DNA of 64,000 nt from Chrysomallon squamiferum (lineage: Eukaryota; Animalia; Mollusca). This document shows positions 1 through 15,978 of this stretch, piece by piece. Below the pieces are notes generated by a model, which searched no databases, was not told the DNA's origin, and worked only from the letters and a program-made list of their open reading frames with translations. A program made the position numbers and the translations under genes. Location: contig CM022667.1 of assembly GCA_012295275.1 (NCBI GenBank), forward strand, positions 62,001-126,000, written 5' to 3'. Position 1 is the stretch's first letter; every line of letters starts with the position of its first letter.

Positions 1-246
1 TGAAACACATTATATTTTCCTTTTATTGTTTTATTTAAAAAAATGTTTTTTTAAGTTTATTTGTTTTGTGTGCTAGATAAAAAAATTCTATTATAAAAAT
101 GTTATAATAGAAATATAATTTTTACGTATAATCTGCACATTTAAATAAAAGTTGATGCATTCAAGAATAAAATAATTTTTAATATAGATAATTTTGCCAA
201 TAAATATTTAATTTTATTTATTTACTATTTTACTTATTTCTTTTAG

Positions 247-2952
247 TTAAAATTCAGCTAGAAATAATGGAGAATGAAAAGAAAAGAATGCTGCAAACAG
301 TTTCAAGACGTCTTCATGTTCAGATTATGCAGATACCACAGGTTTTATTAATATCCATTCTTTATGATCTCTATCACTGGGGCATTTTCCCTTTTCAGTA
401 GGCTACTGAAGTATAAGAGTATTTCAAAAGTATATACACTTTTGTCTTGTGCAAGAAAGTTCACTTGAAAGTATTCTTATAGTTAAACTGTATCACTATT
501 TCTTGTGTTCTGTCTACTCTAGCTTTTCTCTTTTAAGAAAAATAATAATAATAAACAATAACAAAAAGAGTTTTTTGACTATTAATTAAATAAATTTGAA
601 TGTGTACGTGATGTGTCAGTTTTTACATTTTTGATCTTTTTTATTGTAGGATGTGAGGCACATGAAACTTCGTGATTTTATTGGTAAGTTTAAAATCAGA
701 ATATTGAAAAGTCTGCATTCAGAATTTTTTTTTTTCTTTTTTTTTATCAATGATACATGATCTAGTAAAGCCAAAATGCTCTGAAGTTTCTTCTCATGTT
801 GTCATAAAAAAAATACAGCTTTCAATATGCCACATATACAGTAATCTGACGTCTCCAATAGTGAAAGGATAAAATGGTATTGTTAAAATTTCTTACAGTA
901 GTACTCTTTTACTGTGATGTTCTTGTAAGAGCACTGATGGAATAAAAGTACCCAAAACTAAAAAAACAGTAACTTGGAAGAAGAAATAATTCTTTTCAGA
1001 TCATCTAACTGTCTGCTGCAAATACACTGCAGAGACAAATTGTGGTTAATGTAATTTGACATATGAACATGGCTAAACTATATACTCTTAACAAAGTTAC
1101 AATTTAAAGAAAAAGAAAAAAAACGAGATAACCAGTTAATTATTGATTCAGTTTTTTATTTTTAGTTCAATTATTATTATTATTATTATTTGTTTTGTTT
1201 TAATATAACATTTAAAATGTTTTGTTTGCAGCTGCAGGTGGCACCATAGCATCAGTGATGCAGCAACAGACTCAGATGGATGCTGTGAACACATCTACAA
1301 TGTGTCCGTAAGTATTAAAAGACAATCCTATATTTTAGAAGCATCATGAAATAATGTCAAAAACTTTGCTACCTACAAAATAACATTTCTGTTTGAAAAT
1401 GAAAATAGAATTATAACAACATCATGGAATCTGTTAAAAGAAATATTCGCAGTCTTCCTCCACTTTTTTTTTTTTTGGATTATTATTCAGATTGCACTAG
1501 AATTCAAACCTTTTTCACTTTTCTCAGTATCCATTAATAATTATTTCATGGTATGTGCCATCACTTTGCTCGCTCATTGAGGAATATCTGTAATTGATCG
1601 ACATGTTCCAAATGGTTTGAATAGTTGGCAACAAACAATTTTATCTTAATTTGATGAGAGGTACACTTTTGTTTAGGAAATTCAGATATAACTACATACG
1701 GTAGCAAATGATTTTTCATTGTATTTTGCAGGTCGAAAGGAAATCTTTGTGAAACTATTTTGGAAGAAAATCAAGACTTTGCAGTACCTAAAGCAACAAG
1801 AGGAAGACAGAAGAAGGTAAGCTAGTTGATTAACATATTGATTGGTGTTTGTTATAGTGGCATTTTGATCGCTGATAATTCTTTGTATGTCTTACCTTTA
1901 TCTTGAAAATGTATTTGTTTAAAAGCAAAATAATTTATGATTGCAGTATGGAACAAGGGCTAGTAAACTGAGAGGCAAAGAAAACACTGTGAAATCCAGG
2001 TACAGTTGTAAAATACATATGTTAGTATTACAATGTGGTATAATTTGTTTGTATAATAAGTTTATGCTGTTTCTTTAAGTTTAGAATTCTTTAAAATTAC
2101 ATTTGGATGGACAAAGTTCTAAAAAAATTTTTTTTTTTTTTTTTTTTTTTTTTAAAGTGATATTTTGTCATAAATATAATTAATATGATTATTCTTACAT
2201 AAAAATTGTGCTTATTCTTCCTTCAATGTTATTTCAGTTTCAAAACACCACACCATGGTGCCAAGCCTGGAAGCTGGGATACTCCACTGATCACACCCAA
2301 ATTTGACCCACGGTGAGCATCCTCCAAATAAATATCTATTCACCTTCACTCAGTAGTGGAGATACAGATACAACATTAATAATATGATATCTTTCATAGA
2401 GTTTGTATTAAATTTTATTTTATTCCAGATGTTATGATAGCATGACTTGGAAACAAAACATTGCCATTATTCTTACTAATCAGCATTAAATTATCTTTTC
2501 TCTTTGCACCTTCTCACATACAGAAATTATATTAAAAATCCTTGGGCAGATGTTGTAACATTAATTAGGCTCTTTCTTTACAATTGTTCCAGAACTGTTA
2601 CAACTTGAGATATTGTCTTGGACACATCAAAGTTTATTTTTCCTTTATTTAACCAAAATCTTTGAGGTATTAAAAAAAATTTAAAACAATTCATAGACGA
2701 CAGTTTGCCATAAGAATTTTGCAAAAATAAAAGATTTAACGGAAAAATTCTTTGGAAATCATGTTTTTAATGACTTCAAAAATTTCAGACTTCCTTTTGT
2801 ATCAGCTAACAGCCGAGACCCAAAGCCTGGCGAGAGACTCGTGTCTCTGCAGGGCAGTCCAGTGGCAATATCCAGCAAAAATACATCTTGTGTTAAATTA
2901 AGAGATAATGTAAGTGATCACTGTACTAGAAATTTATGATATATGTAGACAT

Positions 2953-3012
<60 letters not shown>

Positions 3013-3629
3013 AATAAAAGCTTTATTAAATATATTTTTTCAAAAAAAAAATGTGATATCAGTATTTTCTTTTAAATGCATGATGAATTAGTATTTTGAC
3101 ATAAATTCATATTAAGTCAAAGATAATTAGTTTTCAGTATCTGCATTAAAATTAAATTTAAAATGGAGATCCATCAGAAAATGTACATGTTGGTCAAAGA
3201 AAATTTATATATTTTGACCGACTTCTCTCTTTCCATATATGGATTTCAAGGTTTTTTTTATTTGTGGAAAAGATTTCCTTTAAAATGCATGGGGTTGCTT
3301 TTGTTCATATTGCTATCCATTTCAGTTTTAATTTTTATTTGGGATACAAGAAGTGTCGCACCATCAGCATCACAGGTGTCTTTATTAGCCATTTTAAACT
3401 GCTCTTCTCACTGAATGTAAGAAAACAATCGAAAACCTTCACATTTAAAAACTTTATTAATTTCCTTCTGTTGTTACAGACCTTGACCCTCAATGTCAAC
3501 TTGACAGACAACCTTAGCATCGATGACATGGACATTGACCTCTGTGAAGACCACATCAACAAAGTGATGGCAGTGTTTTCTCAGATTGCAAAGAAACTGG
3601 CTAACAAGCGAGAAGGCACAACAAAGTGA
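247..3629 (+). CDS. CDCA8: Borealin (chromosomal passenger complex subunit), 5'-truncated by window edge; 8 exons visible
   Basis: Phase-consistent AG/GT exons: 247-341, 650-683, 1232-1307, 1732-1816, 1947-1999, 2238-2312, 2789-2909, 3480-3629 (TGA). Translation KIQLEIMENEKKRMLQTVSRRLHVQIMQIPQDVRHMKLRDFIAAGG resembles the Borealin N-terminal helix (human ...[20 protein letters not shown]). TPKFDPRLP...PGERLVSLQGSPV resembles the conserved TPRFD...GSP region. Confidence 0.88.
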
Positions 3630-6237
3630 TTTAAAACAGTCAAATCTCACAAACATCATACAAGTTTCATCCATATTATTTATTGTTAAAATTAGAATAG
3701 CTGTTGGGGATAATATTAAAACAAGAGGACTAAAATGCTGTTTGGCTACCATCTTCAAAAAAAAACAACTTTCAAATGACTGTTATTCTATCATTCTCAG
3801 CTTGTTGTTTTTTGCTTTTCTTGTCAAATATTAATAATATTCTTTTTTTCCCCAAACACCTGGTAAACTTAAATATTTCTTTCTTCTTTGACTTTCTACA
3901 TGTATTTCCTTACAGCTTGATTTCACTGTATAATCAAGAATCAATAAAACAAATTTTTAATTCGTTTATCTTATGCTGTAATTAAAGGAGGCTGAATTTT
4001 CATTTCTCGTGTTTAAGCTGTTATGTAAACAAAGAGGCAAATCTAGCACCTCCCAAGTTTTTAATCAAGATTTTTATGTTCAAATACAGAAGTTAAGCAC
4101 TGCACTGATCATGAATTTCAAAAATATGCTGCCTTTATGAAATCTGGAAAAAGGGATCTTTTGCATATATCTTTTCATATGTAGGAAAATACCACACTTC
4201 AAAAAGCTGCTATGAGACAGGAGACAAAACAAACAAACAAAACCATTAAAAAGACCTTATTCTGTGATCAAATCTCGTATTTAACAAAAATTTATTAAAA
4301 CTGTCAATTTCTCAACATAAATTACAATTCAAGTATTACCAAATTTTTTTAAAAAAAAATGAACAATCCAATTTAACATTGAAATGCAAAATAACACATT
4401 TTTGTCAGTTAAAATGTTGACAGCATTTATAAAAGAAAACAGAAAATAAAGACAGGTGTATATTATCACAGTTATTCTCAGGCACTTTTACGTTTAACTA
4501 GGAAACCTAAATGCATATTAAAATAAACCCCATGGTGCAAGTTTGAAGCTTTCCGTTTTTTTACATCGTTATATATATGCATCCTCCAGATTTTCTTCTC
4601 ACAATTGCACATTCAATAATTCATTAAAAAAACTACAGAAATTTTGAAATGCATTACAAATTCAGATTTTCCATCAAAATATTTTACAATATCCAAGTTT
4701 GAACCCAGAACAAAATCTCCTAAGTGTCTGGCACTGTGAAGTAGGTTATTCGTTTTTTTTTTTTTTATCAAACTTTTCAAATGATCAATTGCAATCTAAA
4801 ATTGGTCATAATGGAATATGTAATGCCCATTACAAAAATGTAAAAAAATAAATAAAATAGACAACTACTGGGTTTTTTAATTAATGGTATAAAATGTTTC
4901 TCCTTCAAAAATTATGATGGAAAAACAATGTATATGATTTCACTTAAAAGATGTTGAGAGACTAAGTGATGACTAGCTATTAAAACTGTACAAGGATATC
5001 TAGCAAGTGAAATGACTAAGATGTTATGCTGTAGTTTGTTTAGTTTATTACTAAATCTTTTTCTGAATAAAGATTAATCTTGATGAACTACAACACAGGT
5101 GCTCTTAGCTACAAATTGTGATGGAATAAAAGTGCAGACATTTTCTGTAATTTGGTCAAGTGAAGAAAAACAAACAAAACTTTAAATTATAAAAAAATGT
5201 TTAATAACTGTGAATGTGACGTAAAATGAATGATGAAAAGATGAATGAAAATGGCACTTCACATGCAAAATAACAAAAACAGAAGCAGTAGAACTGTCCA
5301 TTACTGAACTATTAAAACAAATGTGCAGCATTACTAAGAAAAATATATTAAAATAACACATCCTATACAAACTTGCGCTACTGCTTAATTAGAATTTCTA
5401 AATATTTATTTTTTAAAAGTTGTTTGTTTTTGTATATAAATATGGACAGATTTGATTGTAACTCCCTGAGTACGAAGTAATTTATTTGCAACCATTAGCT
5501 CTTAAAAATTATTTTTTCATTTTCTTTTTTTCTTATTTTTGGGAGGTGAGGGTGTGGAAAAACAGGATGGGATTAAGCTTTGGAAATTTATAAAATATTC
5601 AAACAAGTTATTTCAAATTCACAATTAACAATTAATCCAAAGTTTAAAAAAAAAAAAAAAATCTGTATCTTATAATAAACATTCAGACGTTTCCATAAAT
5701 AAAGTAGAAATCTAAAAAAAAAAAAATTATATATTTTTTTTAAAATGGGTGGATTTCCCTCAAATTTAGGTTAAACGGTTTTTTTTTTTAAGTTCACTCT
5801 CTCAAAACGGATCTCATTTCAAAATGGTAACATTTTTGTGAGCTAAAGGAAATTTTAAAAAAAAAGAAACATTCAAAGAATGTTCAAAATAAATATCAAT
5901 TTAGATGAGTAAAATACAACATTCATTTATTTTTTAAAAAAACAGACAAAAAACCCCACTTTATGTTAAAATAACATTGAACACAAACATTTCTGCCTCA
6001 AAAGTTTCTCGTCTGCTTTCATGCTCTCTTAGTAACTCACAACTTACAAGCTCAACAAGTACAGAAACTCATGTTCTCGTGGTCTATGCAGGGTTCTGCC
6101 TGCAGCTTTTGTGTACAATGTGTCGATGGACATGGTATTAAATGACCATGTAGTGGACGGCAAAAAGGTCACTGTGTGGTATTAAGTATGTCTATGTTAA
6201 GCTGAGTACGTTGTGCCACTTCGAAAACTATTGCACG

Positions 6238-9200
6238 TTATTGGGGCTTGGGAAATGACTGTCCAAATAAGGAGAATGAATCACCATTAAGAGAGAGATC
6301 GTCTGGCATAGATGTCACTGTCAAACCACCACTCAAGTCCACAGTACGACCCTCCTTTTCCTACATCAAAAGAAGTAATATACATTAACAAATTCGTAAC
6401 AGAACATTTCTTTTTTTTTTTTTACACAATTTCTGTTCTTAAAGGATACAATTCACTAAAAAAAAAATAATAATAATAATGTTAGAGGATTAAAATAACC
6501 AGAAATAGAAATTTATGTCTAAATTTGTATTTAAATTTTCTAATAATGATATAATGAATTCAAATTGAAAACATAACATTTTTAAGTAAAATGACAAATA
6601 TTTTGTTTCTTTTACAAAATTTTATTCGCTGTTATTACAAAAAACAAGCATGATAATGTTAGCATCTTATGTCTTTCCCAAACTCAAATCAAAGAAAATA
6701 TATTTACTACTCACTGCTTTGTAGTCCAGAAACATTTCTTTGAAGCTCATAAAATCACTAAAGGTTAACAGCATTTCAAAGATCTCACCCTCTAGTTCAT
6801 TTTTCCTTTCACTACACAATATAAAATAAAATTTTAATGAAATTGAAATTTAATCAGTTATTTTGACACATTGCAAAAATAATTTTTTATTCTTTCATTA
6901 AATGTTTTATTACACATAGCATCCTGAATTACAAAATAAATATTTAAATAAATTAATGAGTATTAAATTCTGAATAGCAGCACATTTTATATATTTGTTC
7001 AAAAATATAATACTCACAATAGTTGCTTGCTAAATTCTGGCATTGAAAAATCACTCATGCGTTTGCACAATTCTTCATTTAGGTGGTTTTCTATCAGACT
7101 TATCTGAAATTATAATTTAAAAATCAGTATCGGTAAACTGAGAGGCTTAAATGCTGATGTAGTTGTAAATCAATGTACAGTTAGTGTTACATGAGTGACA
7201 ATACAGATCAGTTTATAAAAAAAAAAAAATATGTTATATATATATACTTGTGCCTGGGAACATTTAAGAAATAATTTGGATTTTTTTTTAAATAGGCTAT
7301 CTGTATATATATATAAAAATAAAATTTGTAAATAAAAATGTAAATCGAAAACTGAATTAATTTCCAGATGTTTTCTTGTACATTTCTTCTTTTTGTTTTG
7401 TCATTTTTGTTTCTGCCTGAATAAACTGTTCAAATACAATAGCCCACGTTACTTACATATTCTCTGTGTATATCAGTGTAAATAAATTTATTTTCTTCTC
7501 CTTCATCAAACTCTGTGTAGTATTTTTCTAAAAAGTTTCTTTGCTGTTCTTGAAATCTGTCTTCTGCAAATTAATCAAATGACATCCTAAGTAATAATTT
7601 ATAACTTACAGCCAAAGCTAAGACAATCCATGGAGGGAATCCTGCCATTAAATTTTATGCAACTGTTATTCAAGATAACTTTTTTTAACTTTATTTTTTT
7701 ATTGTTAAAAACAATCACTGTTATGTTATTTACTTATGTATGTGTGTGTGTGTGTATATACACACACACACACACACACAAGAAATAAAAACATACACAT
7801 GCAGTGGCACATATATATATACACACACACACACATACACTTCTTTGTTAATTCAATTTAATTTACCTTCTATATTTCTTGTTTTAAAAATCAATGATAT
7901 TTTATGTAAATTTATACACTATAATCTGATTTTAAAAAAAAATATTAAAATAACAATGTTAGCAATACACATAAAAGAAATTTTTGAAAATTCAAATAAA
8001 ATTGCTTTGTTCTGAAGTTTTGGTAGTTAGCAAATAAACAAATCAACTTACCCATAATAATATCTTCTATATGACCAATTGTAACATCAAATTTCGTATC
8101 TGATGAATTTGAACTACAAATAGATGTTTATAGTTTGTGATGTCATAACATGGAATTTTTGATTTTCCTATGAATTACCAAGATTTTACCCTTAAAAGTA
8201 TTATTTTTACCAGTAATTTCAACAGCTGAAGAATCAAATTCTTCTGTTAACAGATAAAATAAACATTTTCACTCACTAGCCAACTGCCAAATCTTCATCT
8301 GGTTGGTCACATCCCTGAAATTCCATCTGCTCTTGCCCATCTACAAATATAGAGGACTTTCATTATTGAATGATAACAATAGGAGTGAATCGATGTTTTG
8401 AGACATTATCCTAATGTGTTCTATGTATAAATATTTCAGAATTGTTTTATTTTATTTATTATACATGCCACCAATGAACTTTTCATGAAGTCAGCATCAA
8501 AATAGTATTAAAATAAACAATATTTACAACAATATTGTTTATTATTAATACAAAATGTTTCTAATTTTTAAGTAAATAAAACTGCAACAATCTAAGCAGT
8601 ACAGCTAAAGATAAATGGGTGCTACTCTGGCATGTGATCTACAACAACAAAAAATCTAGAAAATTTCTATAAGAGCATGACAAGAATGGATTATTATATT
8701 CTTTTAACAAGAAGTATCAGTTTATAGCAGCAGGTAAAATAATACAACAGATTTGATCTAGCTGGAATTGGAAATGGATTAGATAGGAAGATCTTAAAAT
8801 CCTTTAAGATTAATGCATGATACATATATATGAACATCACATCCAGGCAAACTTCATTTCTGAAAAGATATACGAGTGGATAGTTCATCTGTTATTCCAC
8901 TCTGTGATTTTACTTGTTCATTTATTTTTCAATTTCTATAGAAATCTTAACATATTTGCTAAAGATTTTTACAACCTGATCAGCAACAAGATGAAGGCAG
9001 CTGCATTTTTACAAAGAAATGGCCTTGTAGATGAAGAGAAATGAAGGAAGCTCAAGGAAAAAAGGAAAATCTTTTTCTTGCATTTTTAGCAGATGTTCAC
9101 TCAATTCAATAAAATTATTTAACAGTATATTTTTAGCCCTGGTTCCTATAAATTATAAATATATAATGAAAGGAAAATTTGTTTCATTTACACGTGAAAC

Positions 9201-10006
9201 ATATTAAAAAACCTAGAACAAACAAAATAATAATTAAGATAAGCGCATAGATCACTTACCAAAGTAGCACCCAAATTTGTATACCTGCATAAAATTCATT
9301 GACATAAACGTCTAAAAATAAAGTTATAACTTACAAATGCAAACATTAGCGCTGGCCATTGTAACTGTAAAATCTGAATGAAAATAAATTTGATAACAGT
9401 TGTCTGAACTGTGAAAATATTATATAAAATAAAAAATAATTTATAATTTTTTCTGTACATGTTTTTATTACTATAATTTATAAATGCATTCACAATCCAA
9501 CACACATAATGTATTTACATACACAAACGTGTACGATAAATGAATTAAATTTTATAATATAATAATAATAATAATAAGACTTAACAGGCTAATGTTTTCT
9601 GTGAATACAGTTCAGACAAATGTTATTTTTCTGTATAAAATTGCCAAATCCTGTTGCAGCCTTTCGTCTATAATATAACTTTTTGCAAAACTGATGGTAA
9701 TTCAAATATCGATGTCACGTGCATACCGTTGCACGCTTATTTCCTGCCTCGTGCAAATTTCATTCGTATTAATTTAATTTTGAAAGTATTTTCCGATAAA
9801 AAAAAAAAAAAAAAAAAATTCGAAAAAAAAACCCTCGTGAAAAAGGGTAGTAAAAATCGAAATCGTTGTAATAAATAAAATCATTTTAATAATGAAGAGA
9901 ATCGTGTTTGAAGATGATAATGTTTGTTATAAATTAATCGTATAAGCAAACGAAAAGCAATAAAAATAACTCAACCCCGACTGTTGTTGTCATTGAAGGC
10001 AGCCAT
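6238..10006 (-). CDS. ARL2BP: ADP-ribosylation factor-like 2 binding protein (BART), 7 exons, ~189 aa
   Basis: Exons (minus): 9976-10006, 8277-8340, 8052-8113, 7457-7563, 7018-7103, 6715-6811, 6238-6360. Spliced protein SDTKFDVTIGHIEDIIMEDRFQEQQRNFLEKYYTEFDEGEENKFIYT...EIFEMLLTFSDFMSFKEMFLDYKAEKEGRTVDLSGGLTVTS matches the BART domain. The first exon is less certain. Confidence 0.93.
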
Positions 10007-10212
10007 GTTGGCATGTAGCGGAAGTTAGTGTTCAGTAATTAGGTTTAACCATGTATACCTAAGATTTATAATAACAATAGATTAAAATATTATATATAAA
10101 TGATGTAAGAAACGTACTGACGATAATTAGTTTAGATTTAATTAGATTACAAAATGTTTTAAAATATAATTGAATTTCTTTATATATATGTTTTACGCAA
10201 ATTGTAATGCAG

Positions 10213-10284
10213 GCGTCGGTGGTGTAACGGTTAGCATGGTTGCCTTCCAAGCAGTCGATCCGGGTTCGACTCCCGGCCGACGCA
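10213..10284 (+). tRNA. tRNA-Gly, anticodon TCC
   Basis: 72 nt with acceptor stem GCGTCGG/CCGACGC, anticodon arm GTTGC-CT-TCC-AA-GCAGT, T-arm CCGGG-TTCGACT-CCCGG, A and B boxes, and a T-run Pol III terminator from ~10292. Confidence 0.97.
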
Positions 10285-10609
10285 CTGACCATTTTGTTTT
10301 TTAATTTTGCGGTTCTCTCCTTATTATTGTTATTTTTTATTTTATTATTTTTCTTTATTTTTATGCTACATGTATTTCTTTCCGTGTATAACAGTGATCA
10401 ATAATACATTTTATTTTCAGTACTCTATATTTTCAATCCTGAAGATTTAATTTAATTTAATTTAAAGCTTATATTATTTATTTTTTATTTTACTCTCTCT
10501 CTCTCACACACACACACCTGTGATGTGTGTTGTTATTAGTTGAATTCACAGGAATGAATATAATTTTGATATTTTCCCAGCCCTTTTTAAATTATTTCAA
10601 AAAGCCAAA

Positions 10610-10647
<38 letters not shown>

Positions 10648-11836
10648 TATAATATCGCTGTTAGTTGTTAGTCTTTCTGCATTATAAATATATACACTCA
10701 CCATTTACCAAGATCCCTTTTTGTACTATTTACTTAGAGCTATAATTTAAAAACATTTATTTTCTATTTTTTTTTTTTTTTATTTTTTTTTTATTTTATT
10801 TTTTGTTTGTTTGTTTGTTTGTTTGTTTGTTTGTTTGTTTGTTTGTTTGTTTGTTTGTTTGTTTGTTTGTTTGTTGCTGTTGCTGTTGTTGTTGTTGTTG
10901 TTGCTGTTTTAAAAACAAAAATAAATAAATAAAAACTATTTCATAATGTTTTGGGGTTTTTTATGGTTTTTTTTTTTTTTTTTTCATTTTTATCAGACGC
11001 CTGGAAAAGACTTCTAACGAACCACACGTTAGTTTTACATGTAACATAAACTCCCGTTCCAACTCAGATATTTAGTCCGAGGCAAGAGGAAACTGGTGAA
11101 AAATATTTCAGGGAAATTGTTTTTAATCAAAACGTCGTCGTCATTTTTTCTCCCAAAATTAAAGCTTCTACGATGCCATTGAAGACGTTGGCACCAGTTA
11201 AACATCTGCATGGAAAACAACAAGTGAACATTTCATCCAACTTTTTATTTCCAGATATTGTGTAACATACAAACTTAACAAATATTTACACATTTGTAAC
11301 ATATACCTAATCATAGGAACTTTGAAGAAAAATGCTTGGATCTTTCCCAAGTTTACAGAATTATTTTGTAAGTCAAAACTTTTTTTAATTTTTTGTGAAC
11401 AAATATTTTCAAAATTAATAAAGTGAGATATTTATCCTAAATAAAGCAATTAATTAAAAAAAAAAAATGTGTCTATGTACGCGCGCGCGTGTGTGTGTGT
11501 GTGTTTAATCTTTCTGATATATTTTAAGATCTATAGTACTTTATATTTTTCATATTTTTTCAAGTCAAAATTATTTTTACAATCATTTGATTTTAATATT
11601 TTCTAAAACATTAAGAAAATGATGTATTTACTGAGGATAAATAAAGCAATCAATCAAAAATATTAAGGGTTTCTTGCGGGTGTATTTAAAACAATTATTA
11701 TATTTATTAAAAAGACTATTGTACCTAATTTCAATAAACAAATATATTCTTCCGAGTAACAACAAACATAATTCATTGAAATTGCAGAATTACAAAGACA
11801 AATGTCAAAAATAATAATAACTGCAAACACAACAAA

Positions 11837-11881
<45 letters not shown>

Positions 11882-11989
11882 AGAAAAAAGAAAAGAAAGA
11901 AAAGAAAAAGAAAAAAGAAAAGAAAAGAAAGAATGAAAAAGAAATCAATCAACAAATCGAACGTTGCTTAGGTTATAAATTTATTTTTA

Positions 11990-12020
<31 letters not shown>

Positions 12021-12136
12021 TAAATAAGTAAATAAATTTAAAAAAAATTATCAAAGAAAATATTTTAAATATACATTTTTATACACCTATCCTTTGTTTT
12101 TCTGGTGTATTAGTTTGTAGCTTTTTCAGTTTCGAT

Positions 12137-13258
<1,122 letters not shown>

Positions 13259-14693
13259 CCTACCAAAAGTACAACTAACAGCACAGTTTGACAGCCTGAA
13301 AAACCAGCGACAAAACAGTTTCTTATCTTGTTAGTCAGTTCTTCCTGTATTCATGTGCCTGTAAGTCTTCTCAACGAAACACAAATTGTCCACGCCAGAA
13401 AACAATTACTGGATACAGCTACTTCTGTGTTCCCAAGGACTCGCAATGTTATTGTTAGTGAGGTGTAACTATTTTTAGGAAGGAATCTAGTCTACAACCG
13501 GGGTTCAGTTTTTATGTCAACATGACACCAAAAATCGGTGTAGTTCCGTTTAATGATACTCTTCGTGATAATTTAAAAAACAACAACACGTATTGTTGAT
13601 TTTTCATACTGCTGTGTGTACTTATAATACGGATTATAGATATTTGCATTTCTTATAATTACACCACACAAAATAACTTATTTTCCAGATAAATAAATTT
13701 ATTCTTGATTTACACACTAATAATAAAGTTATATATATATTCCGTTACTAAAAGGTAACACGTTATATTTAGCTATTTTTCTAAGTATACGTTAATGAAA
13801 AAACTCAGCATACATTGTGCTGTGTTCGTGTGGAAGTATGTAGAAGTAAATTTCTCAGACTTTTTGATACACACATACATAAACACACTAATAATAATAA
13901 TAACAACAACAGCAATAATACCTAGGAAATATATACATATTTTTATCACCAATTAAATATTTATTTTAATTTTATCTTTTTTGAAATTCATTAAAAATAA
14001 TAATAATAATAAATAAATAAATAATAATAAATTCATTTATTAATTAAACAAAAATAAAATAAAATAAAATATCCGTCATAAATGTTTGTCATTCGATGAT
14101 TCTAATTACAAATGGTGTTTCACGTTTGGATTCAGGATTTCAGAAATCTAAGGAAAATCAGTTCTGTGGCAAAATAATTTCGAAGACGAAACGAGTTTCA
14201 TTATTGAAATTGTTCAAGAAGCAAGAAACAATCCAGGTGCAAATTTTTTCATCGCTGTAGAACCAAGGGCCTTCAACTACCAGGGGACGGGCAAATTTGC
14301 CCTCCCAAATTCTTGTAAAAAAAACCACCGGAAAATTAGGGAAAAGTAAGAAGAACACTTGTTAAACCCATTAATTTTCATCATTGTTTATTTTCTTCTG
14401 AGTCAGTCCAATTTCAGTGGTCTGGTCACATCTGATTTTTAGCAGTTGGCTAAAAGTAAATAAATAATTAATAAATAAATAAATAATTGATATGTCAGTA
14501 GGCATTTGTATCAGGTTGATTGGTTGTGGTTGTATTTTGGTATTTTTATTTTGTTGATATGATGGATGTATGTTGGTATTTTTGTTAGTTAAAGTGGTGG
14601 TTGATTATGGCGATTTATTTCTATTATTTTGTTAATTTATGTTAATTTATTCATTATTTTTATATTTTTATTTTATTATTATTATTATTATTA

Positions 14694-14726
<33 letters not shown>

Positions 14727-14807
14727 TGTTTTTAGTTATAATAATTTTTTTCGTTATGGTGATGGTAGTAGCTCGATATTTTTAATGAATGTGGCAGTTG
14801 CAGTGAG

Positions 14808-14844
<37 letters not shown>

Positions 14845-14938
14845 TTTTAGATTTTTTTTTTTTTTTTTTAATTTTTTTTTTTTTTTTTTTTTTTTTTTTG
14901 TATGTGTGTATCTCCATTGTATGTTTTTGATTCAGTAT

Positions 14939-15943
14939 TTACCGTTTTTGCAACCATTCTACAATGATATAACCAACTATGCCAAAAGAAAGGATTCCCA
15001 AACACAAATATACTTTTGATCTAACACATATGTAGTCGTTGTAGGCATAGACGACGATGAAGCCGATTGACTCCCATATACTCAGATTAGCAAAAGCTGC
15101 TTGGCTGTTTTCTATGAAGAAATATCCATACAGTGCTAAAAATTATTTTTAAAAAATTAGAAAAATTTGACACACACATTTGATGAGAGAAAATAAGATT
15201 TATTTAGAATTCATGTATACAAGATGAACAAATAGTGACATAAATATATTAATATATTAACACAAAAAATTTCATTGATATCTTTTAATGATATTATTAT
15301 TAGTTGTATTTAATCAATATTGCTGAAACATTGTTCTGATCAAAAAAAAGAACCCAGTTCTACTGATGACAAAGTACCTAAATATATAATATAAACTTAA
15401 AAGGTTTTCTTTTGTTTTTATTTTTTATTTTTTATATTTTTTTTTTTATTTTTTTTTATATAAATTAATTTTTTTAATTATCTATTTATCTAGTTATTTT
15501 TTTATTTTTTTATTTATTTTTTTTTTTTTTTATTTATCTAGTTTTTTTTTTTAATTTATTTATTAAATGTGTTTATTTATTTTTATTTATTCATTTTTTT
15601 TTTTTTTTTAATTTTTAATTTTTTTAAATTTTTTTTTTATTTATAAATTCGAACATCATCGTACGTATTTTGTAAGTAATTTTAAAACTGTGAATTTTTG
15701 TTCAGAGTTACTTGTATTTACCACTTAGTTGTGTCTGTAACACAGCATCACCTAGACCCCAAGCCCCAGCAATCAGAAAGAGAAACAACAGAGTGTTGAA
15801 GTCCGGTCCCCACAACAGAAGTGCGATGTTACAACCGCAGTGGTCAATTAAGCCTGCAGTAGAAGTAATAGTAATAGTAGTAGTAGCAATCAAGTAGTAG
15901 TAGTAGCAGTAGCAGTAATAGTAATAGTAGTAGTAGCAGTAGC

Positions 15944-15978
<35 letters not shown>

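Noticed and set aside
10997-11260. Exon-like complex sequence after a pyrimidine tract and AG
   Set aside because: All three plus frames close within ~30 codons, and the 62-aa minus ORF has no recognisable motif.
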